Assembly: GCA_963665275.2 (NCBI GenBank)
Contig: CAXXIN010000018.1
Coordinates: forward strand, 192,001-256,000
DNA from: Negativicutes bacterium
GTDB lineage: Bacteria; Bacillota; Negativicutes; UBA1444
Direction: 5' to 3'
Length of the DNA stretch: 64,000 nt
The stretch's first letter is position 1, and the number at the start of each line of letters is the position of its first letter. The notes under the pieces are model-generated. The model was given only the letters and a program-made list of their open reading frames with translations, had not been told where the DNA came from and searched no databases. This document shows, piece after piece, positions 31,775-41,419 of this stretch. The position numbers and the translations under genes were made by a program.

Positions 31775-32782
31775 GTGAAACAAAAATGTTGGTTGATTCT
31801 TTTGGTTTCTTTGTTAGCTGTATCCATTGTGCTATCTGGATGTGGCGGCAGCGGGAGTGGCGACAAAAAAGCTGCAGCTCCAGAGGGAAAACCCATAAAC
31901 GTCAATATTGCGACAGCCACGACCGGTGGTGTTTACTACCCCCTTGGTAATGCAATGGCCCAACTTTTTAATCATAAAATCCCTGGAATTAAGGCATCAG
32001 CCGGAGCAACTGCCGGAACACCACAAAATATTCTCCTGATGGGCAAAAAAGAAGCTGAAGTGGCTTTTGCACAAAATGGCGTGGCCTACTATGCTTACAA
32101 TGGAATAGAAATGTTTAAAGATAAGCCCGCAAAATTTTTGCGAGGCATCACCAATTTGTATCCCAACGTCATGCACATCGTGGTTGCGGCGAACTCCGAT
32201 ATCAAATCTATCAAAGATTTTGAAGGGAAAAAGTTTGTGCCGGGAGCTATTGGAAGTGCCACTGAAATCAATTCCAGAGAAATTTTAGGTTTGTATGGTC
32301 TTGATTATAAAAATAAGAAGAATGTGAAGGGTGAATATCTTGGTTACTCTGAGGCCGCAGAAGCACTAAAAGATGGACGCGTGGACGGGATCCTTATTGC
32401 TGGAGGGTTGCCGACATCTGCGGTGTTAGACGCAGCCTCTTCTCTGAAGATACGGATTCTTTCCTTGGAGCCGGATATGATCGCCAAGTTGAAGGAAACT
32501 ATGCCTTGGTACTATGAAATCACTATTCCAAAGGGATCTTACATCGGCCAGACAGAAGATGTGCACACAGTTGCTGTTGCCAATTTGCTGATTTGTCGTG
32601 ACGACCTAAGCACTGATTTGGTCTATAACATGACCAAAGCTTTGTATGAAAACCAAAAAGAGCTGGTCGCTGCTCACTCCGCTGCAAAATCTATGTTACT
32701 GGAAATTGCTCTTAAAGGGATGACCGTACCGTTGCATCCTGGCGCTGAAAAATATTATAAAGAAAAAGGAATAATGAAATAA
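31775..32782 (+). CDS. TAXI-TRAP substrate-binding lipoprotein
   Basis: lipobox LSGC, ATATTGGVYYPLG, PLHPGAEKYY. Confidence 0.92.
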   Translation: MKQKCWLILLVSLLAVSIVLSGCGGSGSGDKKAAAPEGKPINVNIATATTGGVYYPLGNAMAQLFNHKIPGIKASAGATAGTPQNILLMGKKEAEVAFAQNGVAYYAYNGIEMFKDKPAKFLRGITNLYPNVMHIVVAANSDIKSIKDFEGKKFVPGAIGSATEINSREILGLYGLDYKNKKNVKGEYLGYSEAAEALKDGRVDGILIAGGLPTSAVLDAASSLKIRILSLEPDMIAKLKETMPWYYEITIPKGSYIGQTEDVHTVAVANLLICRDDLSTDLVYNMTKALYENQKELVAAHSAAKSMLLEIALKGMTVPLHPGAEKYYKEKGIMK

Positions 32783-32874
32783 TCCTAACGGTTTGTTTTG
32801 GTCGCAGACATGCATTTTGCATGTCTGCGATATTTGTATGATGTCGCCTAGTAACAATAAGGAGCGATGTTGTT

Positions 32875-34836
32875 TTGGTTAATGAAGAAAAAACCACTAT
32901 TGATAAGTCCGCAATTGATGCATTTATTAACGAGGAGTCCGTTGAGAATGTCGATGCGGTAGTTCGCAAATATGAAGCTGAATCCCGGTTTCGTAAGTTT
33001 ACTGGGAATATGGGCAAACTTGTTGCTGGAATCTGCATCGCTTTGTCAATCTTTCATCTTTATACCGCAGGATTCGGTGTATTGGAAGCCATCAAGCAAC
33101 GAAATATCCATCTGACATTTGTTCTTGTTCTATCTTTTTTGTTGTATCCATCAGGAGCAAAAGGGAGTGCGAATAGGATCACTTGGTGGGACTGGATATT
33201 AGTCGCTTTGTCGGTTAGCGTTGGAACGTACCTGATGGTTATTTATGATGACTTGGCGAATCGCGGTGGCGTAACCGTGCCGATGGACATTTATATGGGG
33301 GGGATACTTTGCCTATTGGTTCTGGAAGCCGCCCGGCGTGCGACAGGCAAAGAATTGCCTATAATGGCCCTGTGTTTTGTTGTGTATGCTCTCTATGGAG
33401 ATCTTATTCCGGGTGAGTTCGGACATAGGGGATATAGTTTGGATCGATTAATCGATCATATGTTTTTGACTACAGAAGGAATTTATGGCGTAGCTCTCGG
33501 TGTTTCAGCCACATATATTTATCTGTTCATTCTGTTTGGCGCATTCTTGACCGAAACCGGAATGGCGAAGTTTTTTAACTCTTTGGCTATGGCGATGGCG
33601 GGAGGATCACCCGGCGGTCCGGCTAAAGTTGCGGTGTTTGCCAGTGGCTTGCTTGGCATGATTAATGGCAGCGCAGTGGCAAACGTGGCAACGATTGGCG
33701 CATTTACGATTCCGTTGATGAAGAGCATTGGATACCGGCCACACTTCGCTGGCGCTGTGGAAGCGGTAGCTTCAACAGGTGGACAGATCATGCCGCCGGT
33801 TATGGGCGCGGCGGCTTTTGTTATGGCGGAATTCCTTGGAGTGTCGTATTCTACAATCATGATTGCTGCCGTGGTGCCAGCTGTGTTATATTATCTGGCG
33901 TGCTGGACCATGATCCATTTGGAGGCACGAAAACTTGGGTTGGAAGGTCTGCCTAAAGATCAACTGCCTGTTGTCAGTGTGATTCTGAAAAGTCATGGAC
34001 ATTTGTCAATTCCTATTATTGGAATAATAGCCTTGTTGTTATACGGACTTACTCCATTATATGCTGCTTTTTTCACAATCCTTATGACCATAGTGGTCAG
34101 CCATTTTCGCAAAGAAACAGCGATCAGTTTTGCAGGGATCATCCGGGCTCTGATTGCTGGAGCCAAGGGCTCGGTCGGCGTTGCCATGGCTTGCGCCGTT
34201 GTTGGTTTTGTTGTAGGTGTCAGTTCACTGACCAGCTTGGGGTTAACCTTTGGATCCAACATCTTGGCATTCTCACATAATAACATGATGCTCACTCTGG
34301 TTTTGACAATGATTACAATGTTAATTCTCGGCATGGGATTGCCAACTACCGCCTGTTATATTGTTGGAGCGACAATAGCAGCTCCAGCCCTGGTCAAAAT
34401 TGGAGTCCTCCCTTTGGTTGCTCATTTTTTCGTATTCTATTTTGCCTGTTTGTCCAATCTAACCCCACCGGTTTGTCTGGCAGCTTTTACCGCCGCTGGA
34501 ATAGCCGGAGCCAGTCCATATAAAGTTGGGTGGACATCTACACGTTTAGGCGTGGCTGGCTTTCTCGTTCCTTTCTTAGCTGTATATTCACCGATGCTTA
34601 TGTTTGCGGGAGAATATTCTTCGCTCGCCCTGGTGGAAGCCATCATCACAGCGGTTGTCGGCGTGATCGCATTGAGCGCTGCGCTTGAAAACTGGTTTTT
34701 ACGGGAATGTCGTCTCTGGGAACGCGCCTTGTTACTGGTAGGTTCCTTGATGTTGATGGTCCCTGGACAATTGACCGATATAGCGGGGGGGATATCCGTT
34801 GCCATCGTATATTTTGTTCAAAAAAGGAGCTTATAA
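32875..34836 (+). CDS. TRAP transporter 4TM/12TM fused permease
   Basis: GGPAKVAV, ASTGGQIMPPVMGAAAF, GMGLPT, TPPV. Confidence 0.92.
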   Translation: MVNEEKTTIDKSAIDAFINEESVENVDAVVRKYEAESRFRKFTGNMGKLVAGICIALSIFHLYTAGFGVLEAIKQRNIHLTFVLVLSFLLYPSGAKGSANRITWWDWILVALSVSVGTYLMVIYDDLANRGGVTVPMDIYMGGILCLLVLEAARRATGKELPIMALCFVVYALYGDLIPGEFGHRGYSLDRLIDHMFLTTEGIYGVALGVSATYIYLFILFGAFLTETGMAKFFNSLAMAMAGGSPGGPAKVAVFASGLLGMINGSAVANVATIGAFTIPLMKSIGYRPHFAGAVEAVASTGGQIMPPVMGAAAFVMAEFLGVSYSTIMIAAVVPAVLYYLACWTMIHLEARKLGLEGLPKDQLPVVSVILKSHGHLSIPIIGIIALLLYGLTPLYAAFFTILMTIVVSHFRKETAISFAGIIRALIAGAKGSVGVAMACAVVGFVVGVSSLTSLGLTFGSNILAFSHNNMMLTLVLTMITMLILGMGLPTTACYIVGATIAAPALVKIGVLPLVAHFFVFYFACLSNLTPPVCLAAFTAAGIAGASPYKVGWTSTRLGVAGFLVPFLAVYSPMLMFAGEYSSLALVEAIITAVVGVIALSAALENWFLRECRLWERALLLVGSLMLMVPGQLTDIAGGISVAIVYFVQKRSL

Positions 34837-34959
34837 GGTTTTCTCTGTAAAATACTTTTCTTGAGAAAGTTTGTTTCAGGTCTTAACAAAAATTCTCATA
34901 TAAGGTATACTTAAGCCTAAGGGTTTTTTCCCTATCTGACTACATCTAGGAGGACATAA

Positions 34960-36093
34960 ATGGACTTCAATTTTACACCAGACCAGCTTGCTCTAAAAAA
35001 GATGACACAAGATTTGGTCGCGAAAGAAATCACGCCTTATGTTCATGAAATGGATGAAAAGAACGAGATGCGGCCTGGTCTGCTCCAGAAGTTTAATGAG
35101 GCTGGAATTTTGAATCTGGTCGTTCCAGAGGAGTATGACGGACCGGGTCTGGATGCGTTGTCTATGGCTTTGATTTATGAAGAACTGGGTAAGGGGTGCG
35201 CTGGAGTAGCTACATCGGCAGCAGCCAATGCGTTGGCATCATATCCTGTTGTGGTCGCTGGATCGGAAATCCAAAAACGTAAAATGTTTGATGCATTGAA
35301 TGAAGGAAAACTCGCTGCGTTTGCATTGACAGAACCAAACGCTGGATCCGATGCGGGCGGCGTGTCCACTTCGGCTGTCCGGGATGGAGAATACTACGTT
35401 TTAAATGGCACGAAGTGCTTTATTACGAATGGCGGAATTTCCGATATTTACACCGTTTTTGCGAATGCGCGCAAATCGGCTGGGATTCGGGGACTGACTG
35501 CGTTCATCGTGGATCGCAACACTCCAGGTTTTTCTGTGGGCAAGAAGGAAGACAAGATGGGGATCCGTCCTTCCAATACCACAGAGCTGATTTTGGACAA
35601 TGTGCGGATTCATGAGAGTATGCGGATCGGTCGGGAAGGCGAAGGTTTCAAGATCGCTATGAAAACTCTTGATGCGGCTCGTCCTTTGGTCGGCGCCGTT
35701 TCAGTGGGATTAGCTTCGGCTGCGTTTGAAGCAGCCTGTAAATATGCCAAAGAACGGCAGCAGTTCGGTAAACCGATCGCTTCCTTTCAACTGGTTCAGG
35801 CCATGATTGCGGATATGGCTATGGCGGTTGAAACTGCTCGTCTGATGGTATATAAGGCTTGCTGGCTCAAGGATCAGGGACAGAATTATCAATTGGAATC
35901 GGCTATGGCTAAGTGTCTGGCTGCTGATGTTGCTATGAAAGTAACTACTGATGCGGTTCAGGTCATGGGTGGTTACGGGTATATGAAAGAATACCCGGTG
36001 GAAAAAATGATGCGCGATGCGAAAATCATGCAGATTTACGAAGGGACCAACCAAATTCAACGGCTGGTTATCGCCAACAATATTCTTTATTGA
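34960..36093 (+). CDS. acyl-CoA dehydrogenase (butyryl-CoA dehydrogenase-like)
   Basis: FALTEPNAGSD, KCFITNG, RQQFG, GGYGY, QIYEGTNQIQR. Confidence 0.93.
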   Translation: MDFNFTPDQLALKKMTQDLVAKEITPYVHEMDEKNEMRPGLLQKFNEAGILNLVVPEEYDGPGLDALSMALIYEELGKGCAGVATSAAANALASYPVVVAGSEIQKRKMFDALNEGKLAAFALTEPNAGSDAGGVSTSAVRDGEYYVLNGTKCFITNGGISDIYTVFANARKSAGIRGLTAFIVDRNTPGFSVGKKEDKMGIRPSNTTELILDNVRIHESMRIGREGEGFKIAMKTLDAARPLVGAVSVGLASAAFEAACKYAKERQQFGKPIASFQLVQAMIADMAMAVETARLMVYKACWLKDQGQNYQLESAMAKCLAADVAMKVTTDAVQVMGGYGYMKEYPVEKMMRDAKIMQIYEGTNQIQRLVIANNILY

Positions 36094-36116
36094 TTTAACC
36101 CTTGGGGTCGCATTTT

Positions 36117-36153
36117 AACCCTCTCTGTCAAAACCTGATGGAGGGGGCTTTTT
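36117..36153 (+). terminator. intrinsic terminator
   Basis: AACCCTCTCTGTCA..TGATGGAGGGGGC followed by T run. Confidence 0.65.
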
Positions 36154-36276
36154 TATGGGAAAAGCAGTAAAAAGGTAAGAGAATCCCGGAACAACGCCAT
36201 ATTATCTTTACCCAGAAGAGATTTATGTTAACAGGACTGAATGAAAATTGAAGAATACAGAGGGGGTCTAAAATCT

Positions 36277-36777
36277 GTGAGCATTAGAAAATCGGTTAAT
36301 TTTTTTGTGGTAATTAATGTCCTCGTGATATTTTTTATCGTCGCTGACCCGACAGTTGTCTTTGCAAAAGACAATAACTCAATCGCAATCGAAAAATTGC
36401 TTTCTCAGACGGGCTACACATATGTTGATAGATCGGATGCGACGGATGCGATCTGGACTATAGATTTTATCGGTAAATCTTTGCCGAGATATATGGTGAT
36501 AATTACTAAGGCAGACGATTTGGTAATTGCTTTTGTCACAGTAGCCGAAAAGAATAATATGAAGCTTACTACAGAGGCAATGCAGAAATTATTGCAGGCC
36601 AACTTCAGTTACGACAAGGTGAAAATTGGTCTAGGCCGGAATGGCGACCTATCCATTCGCATAGACCAAAGTATACGGATTACTGACCTACAGGAAATGA
36701 AAGAAAATATTAACCAAGTTGCAGTGGCGGCGGACGAATTATATGCGCTTTTAACGCCTTACTTAATAAAAAACTAG
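36277..36777 (+). CDS. exported protein with YbjN/CesT-like chaperone domain
   Basis: signal peptide ending VFA; LLQANFSYDKVKIGL..NGDLSIRID pattern. Confidence 0.6.
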   Translation: MSIRKSVNFFVVINVLVIFFIVADPTVVFAKDNNSIAIEKLLSQTGYTYVDRSDATDAIWTIDFIGKSLPRYMVIITKADDLVIAFVTVAEKNNMKLTTEAMQKLLQANFSYDKVKIGLGRNGDLSIRIDQSIRITDLQEMKENINQVAVAADELYALLTPYLIKN

Positions 36778-36808
36778 AAGGAGTATAGCGGTAACAGGGA
36801 GGAAATAG

Positions 36809-37303
36809 ATGATGTTCAAAGTTGTCAGAACTCTTATGGTTGCATTGATTATATCGTCGGGGTTTATTCCGACTAGTGAGGCGTTACCGCGAGTCATACC
36901 AGAAAGAACTCGAGACGAAATCATTCAAAAGTACCTTTCAAATCGCTCATTAGATCCTGTGGAAGGCGCATGGGCGTTTTGTCTTGAAATGAAATGTGGC
37001 GAAGTTGCGATAGTGAAAAATGACACTGGAAAATTTTCGGATCTTGACTATGTTGGAATCCTGACAGTTGCAAAAGGAATAGGCGAAATTGGAGAGGCAA
37101 AGTTGTTTCTCAATAAGGGTGAGAGTCCCAAATTATTTCCGGGCAAGTACATTGTTCAAACAGGGTTCGGAATCGAAAGTCGATTTGGAACTAACTTTAT
37201 ACTGTCGAATGCGGATAATACGTTAACGACTGTTAATCCAATTCAAGAAGATAACAAACCCCGCACCAAAATTGAATTTTCTCGTTCGTATCCCCTAAAA
37301 TAG
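36809..37303 (+). CDS. hypothetical exported protein
   Basis: RBS GGAGG, signal peptide ending SEA, LDPVEGAW. Confidence 0.7.
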   Translation: MMFKVVRTLMVALIISSGFIPTSEALPRVIPERTRDEIIQKYLSNRSLDPVEGAWAFCLEMKCGEVAIVKNDTGKFSDLDYVGILTVAKGIGEIGEAKLFLNKGESPKLFPGKYIVQTGFGIESRFGTNFILSNADNTLTTVNPIQEDNKPRTKIEFSRSYPLK

Positions 37304-37548
37304 TATTGATCATTTGAGAAGAGGGCTGTATTACTCGCAATAAAAGCGGGCCTGCATGGTTTAGGCATAGTTAAAAAGGTGCATTATCTTTACAGCTCTT
37401 TTCGGGTAGTTTGTGTATGGATGTAGCAGGGGAAAACATGATGTGCGACACGAAAATCATGAGATTTACGCAGGGTCCAATCAAATTTAACGACTGGTCA
37501 TAGCCAACAACATTTTTTATTGATTTTCGATGATATGTGGCTAATCGC

Positions 37549-37578
37549 TTGACAAAGAGGGAGCCTGCATACTATAAT
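37549..37578 (+). promoter_or_regulatory. sigma70 promoter of tRNA-Val
   Basis: TTGACA-N18-TATAAT. Confidence 0.75.
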
Positions 37579-37604
37579 AAACCTCGTCACATTACAGTAA
37601 CTTT

Positions 37605-37681
37605 GGGGTTATAGCTCAGTTGGTTAGAGCGCTTCGTTGACATCGAAGAGGTCTGCGGTTCGAGTCCGCCTAACCCCACCA
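37605..37681 (+). tRNA. tRNA-Val (GAC)
   Basis: GGGGTTA/TAACCCC acceptor stem, CTTCG-TTGACAT-CGAAG anticodon arm, GGTTCGAGTCC, CCA. Confidence 0.97.
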
Positions 37682-37691
37682 AAACAAAATC

Positions 37692-37725
37692 AAGGTTTCC
37701 GAGATTTTTTTCGGAAGCCTTTTTT
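37692..37725 (+). terminator. terminator after tRNA-Val
   Basis: AAGGTTTCCGA..TCGGAAGCCTT-TTTT. Confidence 0.75.
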
Positions 37726-37730
37726 AATGC

Positions 37731-37773
37731 TTGGGGACAGTTTTGGGGACAGTAGCCTGCAAACTGTCCCCAA
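37731..37773. repeat. three copies of TTGGGGACAG (two direct, one inverted), probable integrase arm-type sites
   Basis: 37731-40 and 37743-52 direct; CTGTCCCCAA at 37764-73 inverted. Confidence 0.65.
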
Positions 37774-37904
37774 TGAGTAACAGTTTGCATTTCAGTGATA
37801 TAATAAATTCCAAGGAACTTTCAGATGAAAGCAGATTATCCTGCAGGGCGATATTAAACGGCTGAAATGCTATTAATAATTAAAATTTGAAAGGGGGCGA
37901 AAAC

Positions 37905-39299
37905 ATGAAAGCCGATCTCGTTAAAGTCAGCGATATTATGGACGGACTTTTAAATGATTTTGTTACTCTTATAACTGATGCAAATGGTAATATTCTCTAT
38001 CTTCATGAGAATTACGCTGCAATACTGGACGTTGACCCGGAAGAGGCCAAAGGCAAGTATTGCTGTGATATCATTCCCAATAGCCGTATGCATATTGTCG
38101 CAAAGACGGGGAAGAGCGATCTTGGAGCTACTTTTCTAATGAAGAATGGTGAATATGCAGTAGTCAATCGTCTGCCCATTAAGCGCGATGGCAAAGTAGT
38201 CGGGGTTATATGCTTTGTTTTGTTTTCGACCATGATCATGACTACGGCGCAAGCCGCAAAGGTAATAAATTGTTTAAAAGATGAGTTTTCACAATGTGAG
38301 CATAAATTTGCCGGATTTTTCAAGGCTAAATATTCGATTGATCAAATCGTAGGCACTGTACCGGTTATGCAGACAATTAAAGAGTCAATTTATAAAATTG
38401 GACAAACGAAATCGACTGTATTGATAAGCGGTGAAACGGGAACCGGCAAAGAGCTTTTTGCGCATGCCATCCACCAGATAAGTCCACGCAGCCAGCACCC
38501 ATTGGTCATGGTAAACTGCGCGGCCATTCCAACGGAATTGTTTGAAGCCGAGCTTTTTGGTTATGAGGAAGGTGCATTTACAGGAGCAAAGAAAAGCGGT
38601 AAAGTCGGCAAATTTGAGCTTGCTAACAACGGCACCCTGGTTCTGGATGAAATTCATCAGATGCCTCTGACAATGCAGCCGAAATTGCTGAGGGTTTTAC
38701 AAGAAAAAGAAGTAGAGCGTGTAGGTAGCAATAAACCGTTTAATGTTGATGTGCGGTTAATCTTTATTACGAACAAAAACCTGTTTGACTTGGTGGGTAA
38801 GGGTGAATTTAGGGAAGATTTATTTTACCGAATTAATATTGTGCCATTAGAGATACCTCCTCTCAGAGAACGACTGGATGACTTGCCGGAGCTAGTGGAA
38901 AAATTGATAAGAAAAATAAATAGTAACCTTGGTTTGAATATTTCCTGTATTGATCGGAACGTGCTCAATCTCTTCTGTCAGCACAACTGGCCTGGCAATG
39001 TTCGCGAACTTGAACACACATTAGAACGAGCAGCAAATACCGTCCTGTCTGGTCCGTTGACCCTGGATTGCTTCGACAGCCTGAAAGCGAGAGTGCAAAT
39101 GGCTGCTTTCCATGAAGACACGGATCATACCCTGGGTTCGGCAAAAAGAAATGCCGAGTATGAGAAAATTGTGGAAGCTCTTCGGGAATCGCAAGGCAAC
39201 GTGTCGCAATCATGTAAAATCTTAAATGTTTCTCGCAGTGTACTGTATGAGAAGATAAGGCGATATGACATAAAAATTAACCGCATATCCCGAGTTTAG
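37905..39299 (+). CDS. PAS-domain sigma54 enhancer-binding protein
   Basis: GETGTGKE, GAFTGA, FREDLFYR, WPGNVREL, Fis-type HTH. Confidence 0.95.
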   Translation: MKADLVKVSDIMDGLLNDFVTLITDANGNILYLHENYAAILDVDPEEAKGKYCCDIIPNSRMHIVAKTGKSDLGATFLMKNGEYAVVNRLPIKRDGKVVGVICFVLFSTMIMTTAQAAKVINCLKDEFSQCEHKFAGFFKAKYSIDQIVGTVPVMQTIKESIYKIGQTKSTVLISGETGTGKELFAHAIHQISPRSQHPLVMVNCAAIPTELFEAELFGYEEGAFTGAKKSGKVGKFELANNGTLVLDEIHQMPLTMQPKLLRVLQEKEVERVGSNKPFNVDVRLIFITNKNLFDLVGKGEFREDLFYRINIVPLEIPPLRERLDDLPELVEKLIRKINSNLGLNISCIDRNVLNLFCQHNWPGNVRELEHTLERAANTVLSGPLTLDCFDSLKARVQMAAFHEDTDHTLGSAKRNAEYEKIVEALRESQGNVSQSCKILNVSRSVLYEKIRRYDIKINRISRV

Positions 39300-39393
39300 C
39301 CTTAAAAGCCTTTAGTTGACGGAAAGTAAGATTTGTCAGCTAAGGGCTTTTTTTTGTTGCGACTTACTCATTTCAGACGTTCATTATGGGGTA

Positions 39394-39441
39394 TGTCTGG
39401 AAAGTAGGAATATTAGCGGGATTATTCCGGAAATTCGGACA
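39394..39441. promoter_or_regulatory. pair of putative upstream activator sites (TGTCCG-N6-CGGACA-like)
   Basis: TGTCTG-GAAAGT-AGGAAT and ATTCCG-GAAATT-CGGACA, 30 bp apart. Confidence 0.5.
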
Positions 39442-39530
39442 ATTAAATCGCATAGGCAGACGAAATTTTTGGTTCTTCATCTAACGAGATTCATAATAGC
39501 CCCTGAGCCACATGGCATTATTATCTGGTC

Positions 39531-39546
39531 TGGCACACATTATGCA
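39531..39546 (+). promoter_or_regulatory. sigma54 -24/-12 promoter
   Basis: TGGCAC-ACATT-ATGCA. Confidence 0.8.
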
Positions 39547-39585
39547 TAATTTCATACTAGCAAATAAATTTATGAGGTGAGCGCA

Positions 39586-40422
39586 ATGAAAAAAACAATC
39601 ATTACCGTGGCTACAACAGGCGCATTTCCAACGAAGGAACACAATCCCAATGTTCCGCTGACGCCGAAGGAAATTGCAGCTCAAGTACATGAGTGCTGGC
39701 AGGCCGGAGCGGCTGTCGCGCATCTGCATATGAGGGACGACGAAGGCAAAGGGACGATGGACAAGGAAAAGTTCAAGGAAACGGTCGGGCTGATTCGAAG
39801 TCAGTGCGATATTATCCTGAATCTAACGACGTCAGGTGACTTGAAGGCGACCGATGAAACCCGGATGGCGCATCTGATCGAATTAAAACCCGAGATGGCT
39901 TCTTATGATGCGGGTTCGATGAACTGGATGCATAGCGGTCTGTTTTTGAATCCGCCGCAGTTTTTGGAGAAGTTGGGACACACGATGCAGGAAAACCAAG
40001 TGAAGCCAGAAATCGAAATTTTTGATGCAGGTATGGTCTATAATGCACTCTACTATCTCAAAAAAGGGGTGCTGACTGCGCCGCTTCATTTTCAATTTGT
40101 CCTGGGAGCCGCAGGCGGAACGGCGGCCACGGTGGAAAACCTGGTGTATCTGAAAAGCCTGATCCCGCAGGATGCAACCTGGTCGGCTCTTGGCATCGGC
40201 GCCGGTCACTTGCCTATCCTATATGCGACGCTAGCCTTGGGCGGACATGTCCGGGTTGGAATGGAAGATAATGTTTTGTATGCCAAAGATCGACCGGCCC
40301 GGTCAAACGCTGAATTTGTGGCTCGGGCAGCTCGACTGATACGAGAAGCCAATCAAGAGGTGGCATCGCCGGCAGAGGCTGCAGCAATTCTTAACCTGAA
40401 GCAGCGGGGGAGTTTGACATGA
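39586..40422 (+). CDS. beta-keto acid cleavage enzyme (BKACE/DUF849, Kce family)
   Basis: ITVATTGA, PNVPLTP.EIA, AHLHMRD, KPEIEIFD, HVRVGMEDN. Confidence 0.93.
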   Translation: MKKTIITVATTGAFPTKEHNPNVPLTPKEIAAQVHECWQAGAAVAHLHMRDDEGKGTMDKEKFKETVGLIRSQCDIILNLTTSGDLKATDETRMAHLIELKPEMASYDAGSMNWMHSGLFLNPPQFLEKLGHTMQENQVKPEIEIFDAGMVYNALYYLKKGVLTAPLHFQFVLGAAGGTAATVENLVYLKSLIPQDATWSALGIGAGHLPILYATLALGGHVRVGMEDNVLYAKDRPARSNAEFVARAARLIREANQEVASPAEAAAILNLKQRGSLT

Positions 40423-41363
40423 TTCGCAAGGTAGCTGTTCTTGGTGCAGGAACCATGGGGCATGGCATTGCGGAAAGCTTTGCACTGCATGCTTACGATG
40501 TCGTATTGTACGACACGGATATCGCGCGGCTGAATGCAGCGAAACTGGAAATCAAGGCGGAATTGGAACTATTGGCGGAAGAGGACTTCATCAGCCCTCA
40601 GGAAGTCCAACCGACACTGGATCGGATCCAGCTCCACGTTGAATTGCTGGGTGCAGTGCAAGACAGAGATTATGTGATTGAAGCCGTTCCTGAAATCATA
40701 GGACTCAAACAGCAGTTGTTTCGTCAGTTGGACGAATATTGTCCACAGCATACCGTACTGGCAAGCAACACATCAAGTCTGAAATTGAACGACATGATGG
40801 CACTTGTCAGTGCAGAGCGCAAACAAAGAATGATCGTAAATCATTGGTATAATCCCGCCCATTTGATGCCGATTATTGAAATGTCGTTCTTTGGCAATAT
40901 GCCTGCAGCAATCTATGACGAGGTGGACGCGTTATATCGTTCACTCGACAAACAGATTGTCAAGGTTCTCAAGGATGTACCGGGACTTGTCGCAAATCGA
41001 ATCCAGCAGGGGGTTGCCCGCGAAGCCTTCTCGCTCATTGAGCAGGGGATTGCTTCGCCGGAAGATGTAGACAAGGCGCTCAAGTTCGGGCCGGCGTTTC
41101 GCTATGCCACAACCGGCCAATTGGAAGTAGCTGATTTCGGCGGCTTGGATATTTGGTGCACAGTGGGTGATAATCTATTGCCGGCAATGGACAATTCACA
41201 GCAGGCGAATCCGGTGCTGCGGCAGCTGGTAGCGCAGGGACGGCTGGGCATTAAATCCGGAGAAGGGTTCTTCAAGTACGAGGCAGCAGAAATACCGTCT
41301 ATCAAGAACAAATTCATGCGAAAATTAATCCGGCAGTTGAAGACGTCTGCGTTCTACGTCTGA
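40419..41363 (+). CDS. 3-hydroxyacyl-CoA dehydrogenase-family protein (possibly acts on a free 3-hydroxy acid)
   Basis: GAGTMGHGIA, EAVPE..LK, ASNTS, HWYNPAH, ANRIQ, GIKSGEGF. Confidence 0.9.
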   Translation: MIRKVAVLGAGTMGHGIAESFALHAYDVVLYDTDIARLNAAKLEIKAELELLAEEDFISPQEVQPTLDRIQLHVELLGAVQDRDYVIEAVPEIIGLKQQLFRQLDEYCPQHTVLASNTSSLKLNDMMALVSAERKQRMIVNHWYNPAHLMPIIEMSFFGNMPAAIYDEVDALYRSLDKQIVKVLKDVPGLVANRIQQGVAREAFSLIEQGIASPEDVDKALKFGPAFRYATTGQLEVADFGGLDIWCTVGDNLLPAMDNSQQANPVLRQLVAQGRLGIKSGEGFFKYEAAEIPSIKNKFMRKLIRQLKTSAFYV

Positions 41364-41419
41364 CGTGGAACGTCCCAGCAGTGCTCAAATTAATAATTAA
41401 TAACGGGAGGAAAAAGAAT

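Noticed and set aside
37731-37773. Repeats as a CRISPR array
   Set aside because: 10-bp units, no spacers, no cas genes.
37587-37790. Minus-strand ORF over tRNA-Val (likewise 10208-10414 over tRNA-Pro)
   Set aside because: Spurious ORFs antisense to tRNA genes.
39586-40422. Calling the BKACE gene kce (lysine fermentation)
   Set aside because: No kamA, kamDE, kdd or kal nearby; the family is multi-substrate.
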